Source of the DNA: an uncultured Clostridia bacterium
GTDB taxonomy: Bacteria > Bacillota > Clostridia > TANB77 > CAG-508
Assembly (NCBI GenBank): GCA_963558405.1
Contig: CAUWGC010000001.1
Coordinates: 49,144-113,143 of the forward strand
DNA: 64,000 bases
Direction of reading: 5' to 3'
The notes beneath the pieces were generated by a model. The model saw nothing but the letters and a program-made list of their open reading frames with translations, made no database searches and was not told where the DNA came from. The first letter of the stretch is position 1; each line of letters begins with the position of its first letter. This document shows, one piece after another, positions 47,005 through 56,876 of the stretch. The position numbers were made by a program, and so were the translations under genes.

Positions 47005-48162
47005 ATGGCAAGTAATCGTTTTGTTTTAAACGAAACTTCTTATTTTGGTAGAGGAGCAAGAGAAGAATTATCAGGAGAAATAAAGAAAAGAGGATTTAAA
47101 AAAGTATTTTTAGTAAGTGACAAGTCTTTAGTAGAAGCTGGTGTTACTGCAAAAGTTGAAGAGGTTTTAAATAATGCAAATATACCATATGAATTATATG
47201 ATGAAATAAAACCAAATCCAACAATTAAAAATGTAACAGATGGTGTTACAGCATGCAAAAAATCAAAAGCTGATGTAATAGTAGCAGTAGGTGGAGGTTC
47301 AAGTATAGATACAGCAAAAGGTATTTCAATAGTAATGACAAACCCAGACAGAGCAGATATAAAATCATTAAATGGATTATCAAATACTGTAAACAAAGGA
47401 ATGCCTGTAATAGCACTTCCAACAACAGCAGGAACTGCAGCTGAAGTTACAATTAATTATGTTATAACAGATGAAGATGCTGAAATAAAAATGGTATGTG
47501 TAGATCCAAACGATATTCCAGTTTTAGCAATTATAGATTCAGAATTAATGGAAAGTATGCCAAAAGGATTAGCAGCAGCAACAGGAATGGATGCTTTAAC
47601 ACATGCTGTAGAAGGATATATAACAAAAGGACATAATGAAATATCAGATATGTTCCATATGAAAGCTATTCAAATGATATTCAAATATTTACCAGCAGCT
47701 GTTAATGATAAAAATCCAGAAGCAATAGAAATGATGGGAATGGCTCAATACATTGCAGGAATGGGATTTTCAAATGTGGGACTTGGAATTGTACATTCTA
47801 TGGCACATCAATTAGGAGCTGTTTATGATACACCACATGGAATTGCAAATGCAATGTTACTTCCAATAGTTATGAGATATAATGGTGTTGTTAGTGCAAA
47901 TAGATTTAGAGAAATTTTAGTAAATATAGGAAGACCAGATGCAGAACATTTAAATGATCAAGATGTAATAAACACATTTGTATGGATGATTTCAGAATTA
48001 AGCAAACAAGTAGGAATTACAACAACAATTAAAGATTATGGCGCAAAAGAAGAAGATTTTGAAATGTTAGCAGAAAAAGCAATGAATGACCCATGTAAAC
48101 CAGGAAATCCAAGAGAAGTAACAAAAGAAGATTTTATAAATTTATATAGAGAGGCAATGTAA
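47005..48162 (+). CDS. fucO: iron-containing alcohol dehydrogenase, lactaldehyde reductase (FucO)-like
   Basis: End-to-end resemblance to E. coli FucO as I recall it (NRFVLNETSYFGRGA, AVGGGSSIDTAKGI, LPTTAGTAAEVTINYVITDE, GNPREVTKEDF). Confidence 0.75.
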   Translation: MASNRFVLNETSYFGRGAREELSGEIKKRGFKKVFLVSDKSLVEAGVTAKVEEVLNNANIPYELYDEIKPNPTIKNVTDGVTACKKSKADVIVAVGGGSSIDTAKGISIVMTNPDRADIKSLNGLSNTVNKGMPVIALPTTAGTAAEVTINYVITDEDAEIKMVCVDPNDIPVLAIIDSELMESMPKGLAAATGMDALTHAVEGYITKGHNEISDMFHMKAIQMIFKYLPAAVNDKNPEAIEMMGMAQYIAGMGFSNVGLGIVHSMAHQLGAVYDTPHGIANAMLLPIVMRYNGVVSANRFREILVNIGRPDAEHLNDQDVINTFVWMISELSKQVGITTTIKDYGAKEEDFEMLAEKAMNDPCKPGNPREVTKEDFINLYREAM

Positions 48163-48176
48163 GAATAATATTGAAT

Positions 48177-48206
48177 AAAGACGGAATTACTTATTCCGTC
48201 TTTATT
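48177..48206 (+). terminator. rho-independent terminator
   Basis: aaagacggaat / attccgtcttt stem followed by a T-rich tail. Confidence 0.8.
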
Positions 48207-48289
48207 GATTTTTTTAGTATTTTAGTATATATTAATATTAGAAAAAGTAAAATAATATGAGGAAATATTTTAAAGAAAAGAGTGATAAT

Positions 48290-48991
48290 ATGTCCTATAT
48301 TGAATTTAAAAATGTAATAAAAGAATATAAAATGGGAGAGGTTTCAATAAAAGCCCTTAATAATACTAATTTTGAAATAGAAAAAGGAGAACTTACAGTT
48401 ATTGTTGGACCAAGTGGTGCTGGTAAAACAACTGCCCTAAATATTTTGGGAGGAATGGACAGTGCAACTTCTGGTAAAGTATTAATAGATGGTAAAGATA
48501 TTAGTAATTTTAAGGGTAAAGAACTTACAAAGTATAGAAGAGAAGATGTAGGATTTGTATTTCAGTTTTATAACCTTGTACAAAACCTAACAGCACTAGA
48601 AAATGTAGAACTTGCAACAGAAATTTGTAAAGATTCATTATCTCCAAAGGAAATATTAGAAAAAGTAGGATTAAAAGACAGAATGAAAAATTTTCCAGCA
48701 CAACTTTCTGGAGGTGAACAACAACGTGTAGCTATTGCGAGAGCTATTGCAAAAAATCCTAAATTATTACTTTGTGATGAACCAACAGGTGCTTTGGATT
48801 ACAACACAGGAAAACAGATTTTACAACTATTACAAGATACAGCACGAAAAGAAAAAATGACAGTTGTTATTATTACACATAATAGTAGCTTAACACCTAT
48901 GGCAGATAAAGTTATTCACTTTAAAAATGGAGAAGCCTATGACATTATAAAAAATCCAAATCCTACACCTATTCAAGAAATTGAATGGTAA
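48290..48991 (+). CDS. ABC transporter ATP-binding protein (MacB/LolD-like)
   Basis: Walker [10 protein letters not shown], signature [14 protein letters not shown], Walker [13 protein letters not shown]. The ATG at 48290 is preferred to the tracked 48257. Confidence 0.85.
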   Translation: MSYIEFKNVIKEYKMGEVSIKALNNTNFEIEKGELTVIVGPSGAGKTTALNILGGMDSATSGKVLIDGKDISNFKGKELTKYRREDVGFVFQFYNLVQNLTALENVELATEICKDSLSPKEILEKVGLKDRMKNFPAQLSGGEQQRVAIARAIAKNPKLLLCDEPTGALDYNTGKQILQLLQDTARKEKMTVVIITHNSSLTPMADKVIHFKNGEAYDIIKNPNPTPIQEIEW

Positions 48992-49005
48992 AGGAGATGA
49001 TTAAT

Positions 49006-52000
49006 ATGAAAAAAACGTTAATAAAAGATAGTATTAGAGAAATAAAAAATACATTTAAACGTTTTCTATCTATCCTTTTAATTGTATTTTTAGGAGTAGG
49101 TTTTTTTGCTGGAGTAAAAGCAACTAGTCCAGATATGGAAAAAACAATTGATAAGTATTTTGATGATACTAATACATATGATATAGAGGTACTTTCTACT
49201 TTAGGATTAAAAGATGAAGATATAGAAGAAATGAAAAAGATAGATAGAATAGAGAGTATAGAGCCTTCGTATAGTGTAGATGCTTTAGTACATACAGAGT
49301 CTAAAGAGATAGTGATAAAAATGCAATCTATGCCAGAAGAAATAAATAAACTTACATTACTAGAAGGAAAATTACCAGAAAAAGAAAACGAATGTGTTGT
49401 AGAAGAGAGTTTTTTACTTGGCACAAAATATAAAATAGGTGATACTATTACTATAGAACCGGAAATGCTTAAAGATGAAGAAGGCAATGATAAATCAATG
49501 CTAAAAAATAAAGAATTTACTATTGTAGGAAAAGTACAATCACCATTATACATATCACGTTCAAGAGGCTCTAGCAAACTTGGAAGTGGAAAAATAGAAT
49601 ATTATTTATATGTTCCAAAACAAGCAATAGATTTTCCGTTTTATACAGAAATGTATATAAAAATTAAAGGAGCAAAAGAATTAAATACGGCAAATAAATC
49701 ATATGAAAATCTTGTAGAAGAAGTAAAGGAACAAGTAGAAGATGTAGGAGAAAATAGGAAACAAGCTAGATATGATGAAATAGTAAATGAAGCAAATCAA
49801 AAAGTAGATGATGCTCAAAAAACGTTAGATGAAGAAAAACAAAAAGCAGAAACAGAAATTAAAGATGCAGAACAAAAAATAGCAGATGCAAAGCAAACAA
49901 TAGAAAATTCAAAAAAAGAAGTAAATTCACAAGAACAAAAAGCAAACCAAGAGTTTAAAAATGCTGATAAAAAAATAGCAGATGCAGAAAAAACACTACA
50001 AGAAAGCGAAAAACAATTAAAAGAAGCAAAAAAACAGGCAGAAACAGAAATACAAAACACAGAAAAAAAATTAGAACAATTGAAAATGTTAAAACAACAA
50101 TATGATACTCTTAAAGAAGGAATAAAAGAAGTTGAAAGTAATTTAATAACAATACAAAATCAAATAGACAAATTAGATCCAGATAAAGATAAAAATCAAA
50201 TTATAGAATTACAAGCAAAACAGAAAGTATTGCAAGAAAAGAAAGAAGAACTAGATACAAATAAAAAACAATTAGAAGCTTTAATTACTTCAAATGGAAT
50301 ATCACCAGACAAAATAGATGATACTATTACATCAGCAGAAAAACAAATAGAAAGTGCAAAAAATCAATTACAAGAAAAAGAAAATCTTTTAGAAAATTCA
50401 AAAAAAGAATTAGAAAGTCAAAAGTCTAGTTTACAAAACATTAAAAATAAAACTAAAACTCAAATAGCAAATGCAAGAGAAGAAATAAAAAAAGGAGAAC
50501 AAGAAATATCAGAAAATGAAACAAAATTAGCAGATGCCAAAAAAGAGGCAGACGAAAAAATTGCAGATGCTCAAAATAAATTAGATGATGCAAAAGATAA
50601 AATAAAAGAAATTGAAAAACCAGAATGGTATATTTTAACAAGAAATGAAAATCAAGGATATGTAGAATATTTACAAGACTCTGATAGAATTGCAAATATA
50701 GGTAAAGTTTTTCCAATTGTATTTTTTGTTGTAGCAGCTCTTATTAGTTTAACATCAATGACAAGAATGGTAGAGGAACAAAGAGGACAAATAGGAACTT
50801 TAAAAGCATTAGGATATAATAAAATACAAATAGCAGGAAAATATATAATATATGCACTTTTAGCAACTGTATTAGGTAGTATTGCAGGTATGTGTGTAGG
50901 ATTTAATTTAATTCCTGGGCTTATTTTAGATATTTATGGAATGATGTATACAATTCCTAATAATGTAATAGAATTTAATACATATTATGCTGTTACAGGA
51001 TTATTAGCAGCTTTAATCTGTACGGTAGGTGCTACTATATATACGTGTACAAAAGAATTATTGGGTACTCCTGCAAAACTTATGAGACCTAAAGCACCTA
51101 AACCAGGCAAAAGAGTATTTTTAGAAAGAATTACTTTTATTTGGTCTAAATTAAAATTTACTCAAAAAGTAACGGTAAGAAATATATTCCGTTACAAAAA
51201 AAGATTTTTAATGACAATAATTGGTGTAATGGGATGTACTTCACTTATTGTAGCAGGTTTTGCACTTAGAGATTCTGTTACTTCTATGATACCATCACAA
51301 TATGGGGAAATATTTAAATATGGAATGCAAGTATCTATTAAAGATGATATAACAAGAGAACAGATAGATAAAGAAGCGGAAAAATTATTAGAAAATGAAA
51401 AAATAACAGATGTATTAAAAGTAAATATGCAAGCTCTTACAATAGAAGAACCAAGCAATAATCAAGATATTCAATTAGTTGTTCCGGAAGATGTAAATAG
51501 AATACAAGAATTTATAGAACTGAAGAATAGAAAAAATAATCAAGAAACTTATAAATTAAATGATACTGAAGTAATAATAACAGAAAAATTGGCAAACTTA
51601 TTAGATATTAATAAAGGTGATGCTATTTCTATAAAAAATAGTGACGATAAAATTGTACAGGTAACAGTTGGAGCTATAACAGAAAATTATCTACTTCATT
51701 ATGTATATATGTCACCAAAGTTGTATTATAATCTTTATGGTGAAAATGCAAGATATAACATGTTTTTAGGTAAAATAGATAATTTAACAAAACAAGAAGA
51801 AACAGAGTTAGCAAAAGAAATCTTGCAAAATAAAGATTCAGTATCAGGTGTTACTATTTTAAGTTCAACCAAAGATATTTTTAAAGAAATAATGGATAAT
51901 ATGGATTTGGTTGTTTGGATTTTAATTATAGCAGCAGGACTTTTAGCATTTACTGTATTATATAACCTATCTAACGTAAATATTAGTGAAAGAATTAGAG

Positions 52001-52302
52001 AACTGGCAACTATAAAAGTATTAGGCTTTTACGATAAAGAAGTATATAAATATGTAACACGAGAAACAATTATTTTGACTTTAATAGGAATATTACTAGG
52101 CGTTGCTATGGGATATTTCTTAAGTATGTTTATTATAAAAACATGTGAACTAGATATGTTCATGTTTGATGTTAGAATGAATTTAAGTACATACTTATAT
52201 GGAATTGGTATTACATTTATATTTGCTACTGTTGTAAATATAGCAACATATTTTGCATTAAAGAAAATAGATATGATAGAATCATTAAAAAGTGTTGAAT
52301 AA
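49006..52302 (+). CDS. FtsX-family ABC permease with a very long extracytoplasmic coiled-coil insertion
   Basis: ATG at 49006 lies 9 nt after AAGGAG. Two FtsX 4-TM modules (about aa 560-700 and 980-1100). About 280 aa of K/E/Q-rich heptad-like sequence with recurring KIADA(E/K) units. Confidence 0.8.
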   Translation: MKKTLIKDSIREIKNTFKRFLSILLIVFLGVGFFAGVKATSPDMEKTIDKYFDDTNTYDIEVLSTLGLKDEDIEEMKKIDRIESIEPSYSVDALVHTESKEIVIKMQSMPEEINKLTLLEGKLPEKENECVVEESFLLGTKYKIGDTITIEPEMLKDEEGNDKSMLKNKEFTIVGKVQSPLYISRSRGSSKLGSGKIEYYLYVPKQAIDFPFYTEMYIKIKGAKELNTANKSYENLVEEVKEQVEDVGENRKQARYDEIVNEANQKVDDAQKTLDEEKQKAETEIKDAEQKIADAKQTIENSKKEVNSQEQKANQEFKNADKKIADAEKTLQESEKQLKEAKKQAETEIQNTEKKLEQLKMLKQQYDTLKEGIKEVESNLITIQNQIDKLDPDKDKNQIIELQAKQKVLQEKKEELDTNKKQLEALITSNGISPDKIDDTITSAEKQIESAKNQLQEKENLLENSKKELESQKSSLQNIKNKTKTQIANAREEIKKGEQEISENETKLADAKKEADEKIADAQNKLDDAKDKIKEIEKPEWYILTRNENQGYVEYLQDSDRIANIGKVFPIVFFVVAALISLTSMTRMVEEQRGQIGTLKALGYNKIQIAGKYIIYALLATVLGSIAGMCVGFNLIPGLILDIYGMMYTIPNNVIEFNTYYAVTGLLAALICTVGATIYTCTKELLGTPAKLMRPKAPKPGKRVFLERITFIWSKLKFTQKVTVRNIFRYKKRFLMTIIGVMGCTSLIVAGFALRDSVTSMIPSQYGEIFKYGMQVSIKDDITREQIDKEAEKLLENEKITDVLKVNMQALTIEEPSNNQDIQLVVPEDVNRIQEFIELKNRKNNQETYKLNDTEVIITEKLANLLDINKGDAISIKNSDDKIVQVTVGAITENYLLHYVYMSPKLYYNLYGENARYNMFLGKIDNLTKQEETELAKEILQNKDSVSGVTILSSTKDIFKEIMDNMDLVVWILIIAAGLLAFTVLYNLSNVNISERIRELATIKVLGFYDKEVYKYVTRETIILTLIGILLGVAMGYFLSMFIIKTCELDMFMFDVRMNLSTYLYGIGITFIFATVVNIATYFALKKIDMIESLKSVE

Positions 52303-52334
52303 AAAAGAGGTAGAAATTTTTTCTACCTCTTTTT
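52302..52334. terminator. bidirectional terminator
   Basis: agaggtagaa / ttctacctct stem with an A-run upstream and a T-run downstream. Lies between convergent genes. Confidence 0.8.
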
Positions 52335-53130
52335 AGGAATCTTTTTGCATTTTATAAGCAATTTTAAAACATAAGATAAAAAGTATAAGACTAATAAAAT
52401 GAGAAGTGGTAAATTTAAAACCAGGAAATAGAACAAGTGCAGATCCTATTACAAATCCTATAATAGAATAATGGGTAGGGGCATAACTTTTTTCTAAAAG
52501 AAAATATATAAGTTTAAGAAATAATAAACCTCCTAAAAATAATCCTATACCCATAGGTAATAATATTGTAAAGTTTAAAGTAGAAATAGCACCTAAGTAC
52601 ATATCATATACACCTAAAATCATTAAAATAGCACTACTACTTATTCCTGGAACAACTACTCCTATTGACATTAAGAATCCAGAAAAACATAAAAAAACAA
52701 AACTAATATTTGAAGCAGTAAAAAAAGGAAGAGTTTGTTCTATAAAAATAAGAATAAGTGTAAATATAAGGCTAAATAGTAAATATAGAATATAATGCAA
52801 TCTAAAACCACTCTTTTTATTTGCTTGCTTAAAAAGAACAGGTAAACTTCCTAATATAAGTCCTATAAAACAATATTTTGTTTGAATCTCATAATTTTTA
52901 AAAAAATAAATTAACAGATTACCAGATAATATAATTCCTATTAAGCAACCAAGAACAATAGGAAAGAAAAAACAAAAATTTTCTTTAGGATTTTTAAAAA
53001 AATTTAATACACGATTTATAAATGTTTCATAAAGTCCAAAAATAACTAATAAAACACCACTACTAATACCAGGTAAAATAGCACCAGCACCTAAAACAAT
53101 ACCTTTTATACAACTGGATAAAAAGTTCAA
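52333..53130 (-). CDS. DUF368 family membrane protein (PopT-like candidate undecaprenyl-phosphate translocase)
   Basis: Duplicated motif GAILPGISSGVLLVIFGLYE and VVPGISSSAILMILGVYD, characteristic of DUF368. Confidence 0.7.
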   Translation of the reverse strand: MNFLSSCIKGIVLGAGAILPGISSGVLLVIFGLYETFINRVLNFFKNPKENFCFFFPIVLGCLIGIILSGNLLIYFFKNYEIQTKYCFIGLILGSLPVLFKQANKKSGFRLHYILYLLFSLIFTLILIFIEQTLPFFTASNISFVFLCFSGFLMSIGVVVPGISSSAILMILGVYDMYLGAISTLNFTILLPMGIGLFLGGLLFLKLIYFLLEKSYAPTHYSIIGFVIGSALVLFPGFKFTTSHFISLILFILCFKIAYKMQKDS

Positions 53131-53304
53131 ATTTTATCTCCTTTCTATTATAAAACATATAATATAAATTATTTTTTATTTAATTTCTATTCAATAAAAG
53201 TTAAAATATGAAAACAACAAAATATTAATATTTTAGAGGTCATGCACTTTTGAAAAAATAAAACATATACTTTTTGTATAGTATTATGAAGCGGAGGTGC
53301 CTTT

Positions 53305-54009
53305 ATGTTTGCACTAGGAATTACTCTAACAGGTTTTTTAGCTTTTATAAAATCAGCTATTTTTGTGGTAGGATATATACAAAGTAGTAATCTATTTCCA
53401 GAGCCACTAACTGCAGAAGAAGAAAAAATATATTTAGAAAAATTGCAAAAGAGAGATGAAGAAGCTAGAAATATATTGATAGAAAGAAATCTAAGATTAG
53501 TAGCACATGTTTGTAAAAAATATAGTTCAACCAATATAGAACAAGATGACCTTATTTCTATAGGTACCATAGGGTTAATAAAGGGGATAAATAGTTTTGA
53601 ACCATCAAAAAATGTAAGATTAGCAACATATGTATCACGTTGTATAGATAATGAAATATTAATGTTTTTACGTTCAAATAAAAAAACACAATCTGATGTT
53701 TATTTAAATGAACCAATAGGTAAAGACAAAGATGATAATGAAGTAACATTACAAGAAGTAATTGAAAATGATAATAAAAGTATAGAAGATGAAGTTGATT
53801 TAAAATTTAAAGTGAGAAAGTTATATAAAAAGATAAAAGAAGTTTTAAAAGATAGAGAAAGAAAGATTATAGAATTACGTTTTGGATTAGATGGTAATAA
53901 ACCAAAAACGCAAAATCAGATAGCAGAGATGATGGGAATTTCTCGTAGCTATGTATCAAGAATAGAAACAAAAGCTATTGGAAAATTATCCAAGGAAATG
54001 GATGAATAA
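53305..54009 (+). CDS. sigK: sporulation sigma factor, pro-SigK-like
   Basis: GGAGGTG RBS and a hydrophobic pro-sequence. FPEPLTAEEEKIYL, NLRLVAHVCKKY, EPIGKDKDDNEVTL and GISRSYVSRIE match B. subtilis SigK better than SigE, from memory. Confidence 0.7.
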   Translation: MFALGITLTGFLAFIKSAIFVVGYIQSSNLFPEPLTAEEEKIYLEKLQKRDEEARNILIERNLRLVAHVCKKYSSTNIEQDDLISIGTIGLIKGINSFEPSKNVRLATYVSRCIDNEILMFLRSNKKTQSDVYLNEPIGKDKDDNEVTLQEVIENDNKSIEDEVDLKFKVRKLYKKIKEVLKDRERKIIELRFGLDGNKPKTQNQIAEMMGISRSYVSRIETKAIGKLSKEMDE

Positions 54010-54010
54010 T

Positions 54011-54037
54011 AAAAGAGGTGGCAATCCCACCTCTTTG
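54011..54037. terminator. bidirectional terminator between sigK and the convergent small gene
   Basis: aagaggtgg / ccacctctt stem with a 5-nt loop. Confidence 0.7.
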
Positions 54038-54040
54038 TCA

Positions 54041-54382
54041 TTATGAATTTTGTTCACCTGAAATGATAAATTCATTAAGCAACTTTAGTGTATCTTCCAA
54101 TCCTTTGACGAATACTTTGTATTCAGCGATAGTAAAATCATCTGAAATGCTAAGTTCATTAATTAAATTTACGGTATCTTCTAATCTATCGATGAATGAT
54201 TTAGATTCATCGATAGTTGAATCACCATGTGGATATAATTGTCTTAATGAACTGTTTAATCCCTGGACGTAAGCTCCTCTTTCGGATGGTGTTAAGTCTT
54301 TAAAAAAAAGTGCGTCATACATTAGTTGGTTGTGTTTCCGCATAAACTGTTGTGAATTCAAAATTTCAATAATGCTCATCAA
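54041..54382 (-). CDS. hypothetical 113-aa protein (compositionally atypical)
   Basis: Minus-strand ORF with AAAGGAGA RBS 8 nt before the ATG at 54379. It contains the only in-frame CGG I found that does not break a frame (F-M-R-K; plus-strand ccg at 54338-54340). Confidence 0.55.
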   Translation of the reverse strand: MMSIIEILNSQQFMRKHNQLMYDALFFKDLTPSERGAYVQGLNSSLRQLYPHGDSTIDESKSFIDRLEDTVNLINELSISDDFTIAEYKVFVKGLEDTLKLLNEFIISGEQNS

Positions 54383-54583
54383 TTTCGTCTCCTTTAAATT
54401 AAATTGTTAGTAAAATTCTATATCTGCCTAAACAAAGAGACACAAAAATAGAATAAATATATTATAGCACAAATTGTAAGAAAAATCAATGGTTAACATA
54501 ATACTTTAAAATCGAAAACAGAGATTAACATACTTTACATGAAAGATAAATATGTTATAATAAACAAAAAAGGGATGATTAAA

Positions 54584-54985
54584 ATGAATGATGAATATAA
54601 AAATTTAGAAGAATTTTTGTATGATTTAAGACATAAAAAAGAATGGAGTTATGAAAAATTGGCAGAAAAATTTAATTCAGATAAAATACTTCCAGTAACA
54701 GTAAAAAAATGGGAAAAAGGATTAAAGTACCCAGATATAAATGAAATCTATAAACTTGCAGAAATTTATGAAGAAGATCCTAGCAAAATACTATATTATA
54801 AGCAATTATCATTAAAAAGTGGAATGAATAGTATCCATGTAATAGTTATAAAATGGATAAGCTTTATTTTAAATGTTTCTTTTATAACTGCTACATGGAT
54901 TTGTATTTCGATATTTGTATTTGCAACAATATATGCTTTTTATGTAATATATAGTGCAGGGCAAATGGCAAAAAATGTAATGTGA
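54584..54985 (+). CDS. XRE-type helix-turn-helix protein with C-terminal TM segment
   Basis: LRHKKEWSYEKLAEKFN...VKKWEKG is an HTH-like N-terminus. The hydrophobic C-terminus is ITATWICISIFVFATIYAFYVIY. Confidence 0.5.
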   Translation: MNDEYKNLEEFLYDLRHKKEWSYEKLAEKFNSDKILPVTVKKWEKGLKYPDINEIYKLAEIYEEDPSKILYYKQLSLKSGMNSIHVIVIKWISFILNVSFITATWICISIFVFATIYAFYVIYSAGQMAKNVM

Positions 54986-55071
54986 GATTATATTAAGTAT
55001 ATAAATTTAGAAGTTCATTTTTTATATAATATACTATTAATAAGGTTTTTTTGGCAATTTCATAAATACAC

Positions 55072-55100
55072 TTGACAGTTTACGATAATAAAGCTAAAAT
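55072..55100 (+). promoter_or_regulatory. sigma-A type promoter candidate for rny
   Basis: TTGACA-17 nt-TAAAAT. Confidence 0.5.
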
Positions 55101-55188
55101 AAAATAGTAAGCTAAAATATATTCTAAAAAAATTAGTTATATATATTTATCTGTACATTGAAAATTAAATAGAAAGGATGAGAATTTC

Positions 55189-56730
55189 ATGGAAATTATG
55201 ATTGGAATCATTACTTTCTTAATCTCTGCTGTGATTTTTATACCAATAGGTATGATTGTTAGAAAAAAAATCGCAGAATCTAAAATACAAGGAGCAGAAG
55301 TAGAAGCAAAAAAATTAATAGAAATGGCTAAAATAGAAGCTGAGAATAAGAAAAAAGAGGAAATATTCAAAGCAAAAGAAGAAATTATGAATGCAAGAGG
55401 AGAGTTAGATAAAGAGATTAAAGAAAGAAGAAATGAAGTACAAAGTCAAGAAAGAAGAATAATTCAAAAAGAAGAAAATTTAGAAAGACGTTCTGAAACT
55501 TTTGAAAGAAAAGAAAAAGAGTTAGAAAGGAAAAATCAAGAAGCAGACAAAAAAAATGCAGAATTAACTGAAATACTTGATAAACAAATGTCTGAACTTC
55601 AAAGAATTTCTAAATTATCTATTGAAGAAGCAAAAAAACAATTATTAAGCGAACTAGAAAAACAAATTACTGCAGAAAAGGCTACATTAATTAAAGAAAT
55701 GAATCAAAAGGCAAAAGAAGAGGCTGATAAAAATGCTAAAGAATTAATCAGTTATGCAATACAAAAGTGTGCAGCTGACCATACTTCAGAAACAACGGTC
55801 TCAATAGTAAATCTTCCAAGTGATGATATGAAAGGAAGAATTATAGGACGTGAAGGAAGAAATATAAAAGCTTTAGAAACTTTAACTGGAATAGATTTAA
55901 TTATTGATGATACTCCAGAAGCTGTAGTTATTTCAGGATTTGATCCACTAAGAAGAGAAGTTGCAAAAATTGCTCTAGAAAAATTAATAAATGATGGTAG
56001 AATTCATCCAGCAAAAATAGAAGAAATGGTTGAAAAGGCAAAAGAAGAAGTTGAGCAAACCATTAAAGAAGAAGGCGAAAGAGCTGTTTTGGAAACAGGA
56101 GTTATTGGACTTCATCCAGATTTAATAAAATTAATTGGAAAATTAAAATACAGAACAAGTTATGGACAAAATGTATTAAATCATTCTATTGAAGTATCAA
56201 ACTTAGCAAGAATAATGGCAGAAGAATTAGGTATTGATCCTAAAATAGCAAGAAGAGCAGGATTATTACATGATATAGGAAAAGCTTTAGATCATGACAT
56301 GGAAGGTACACACGTAGAAATTGGTGTAGATATTCTAAAAAAATATAAAGAAAATGACCTTGTAATTAATGCTGTAGAAGCACATCATGGAGATGTAGAA
56401 CCAAAAACTATAGAAGCTATTTTGGTACAAGCAGCAGATGCTATTTCAGCATCTAGACCAGGTGCTAGAAGAGAAACTTTGGAAGCATACATTAAAAGAT
56501 TAGAACAATTAGAAGAAATAGCAGATTCTTTTGAAGGAGTAGAAAAATCTTTTGCAATACAAGCAGGAAGAGAAATAAGGATTGTTGTTAAGCCAGAAAA
56601 AATATCTGATAATGATATGACTTTGATGGCTAGAAACATTGCAAAAAAAGTAGAAGATGAAATGGATTATCCAGGACAAATTAAAGTTAATGTTATTAGA
56701 GAATCAAGAGCAATTGAATATGCAAAATAA
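55189..56730 (+). CDS. rny: ribonuclease Y
   Basis: N-terminal TM segment, coiled coil, KH domain ([15 protein letters not shown]) and HD domain (LLHDIGKA). Confidence 0.9.
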   Translation: MEIMIGIITFLISAVIFIPIGMIVRKKIAESKIQGAEVEAKKLIEMAKIEAENKKKEEIFKAKEEIMNARGELDKEIKERRNEVQSQERRIIQKEENLERRSETFERKEKELERKNQEADKKNAELTEILDKQMSELQRISKLSIEEAKKQLLSELEKQITAEKATLIKEMNQKAKEEADKNAKELISYAIQKCAADHTSETTVSIVNLPSDDMKGRIIGREGRNIKALETLTGIDLIIDDTPEAVVISGFDPLRREVAKIALEKLINDGRIHPAKIEEMVEKAKEEVEQTIKEEGERAVLETGVIGLHPDLIKLIGKLKYRTSYGQNVLNHSIEVSNLARIMAEELGIDPKIARRAGLLHDIGKALDHDMEGTHVEIGVDILKKYKENDLVINAVEAHHGDVEPKTIEAILVQAADAISASRPGARRETLEAYIKRLEQLEEIADSFEGVEKSFAIQAGREIRIVVKPEKISDNDMTLMARNIAKKVEDEMDYPGQIKVNVIRESRAIEYAK

Positions 56731-56754
56731 TCTAATTACATAAACGTATATAAA

Positions 56755-56796
56755 ATAAAAGAGCTTTTAATGATTTAAAAGTTCTTTTATTTTTGT
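56755..56796 (+). terminator. rho-independent terminator
   Basis: aaaagagctttta / taaaagttctttt stem (one G-U pair) plus a T-run. Confidence 0.65.
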
Positions 56797-56876
56797 AATA
56801 TGTTTGTGAAAAGTATTTCAAAATTAAAATAAATAATATATAATAATAAAAATAAAAATTGAAAGGAAATGAAATA

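Noticed and set aside
48969-49577. 202-aa minus-strand ORF, and other long antisense ORFs (for example 21840-22268, 8409-8864, 40352-40744, 47040-47396, 53187-53570)
   Set aside because: All lie antisense to genes with clear homology, have Ser/Phe/Ile-rich compositions typical of antisense translation of AT-rich genes, and lack RBSs.
53286-53307. A possible sixth CGG frameshift site: ATG AAG CGG upstream of sigK, where skipping the C runs GGA GGT GCC TTT in frame into the sigK ATG
   Set aside because: The GGAGGTG containing this CGG sits 5 nt upstream of the ATG at 53305 and is a textbook RBS. A two-codon upstream ORF is not needed to explain sigK. Treated as coincidence.
53305-54009. Whether sigK is interrupted by a skin-like element or is truncated
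   Set aside because: The ORF is continuous from the pro-sequence to region 4.2 (GISRSYVSRIE), so there is no sign of an intervening element here.
54018-54272. Plus-strand 84-aa ORF overlapping the minus-strand 113-aa ORF
   Set aside because: No RBS. It starts inside the sigK terminator hairpin. The minus-strand ORF has AAAGGAGA at proper spacing and is longer.
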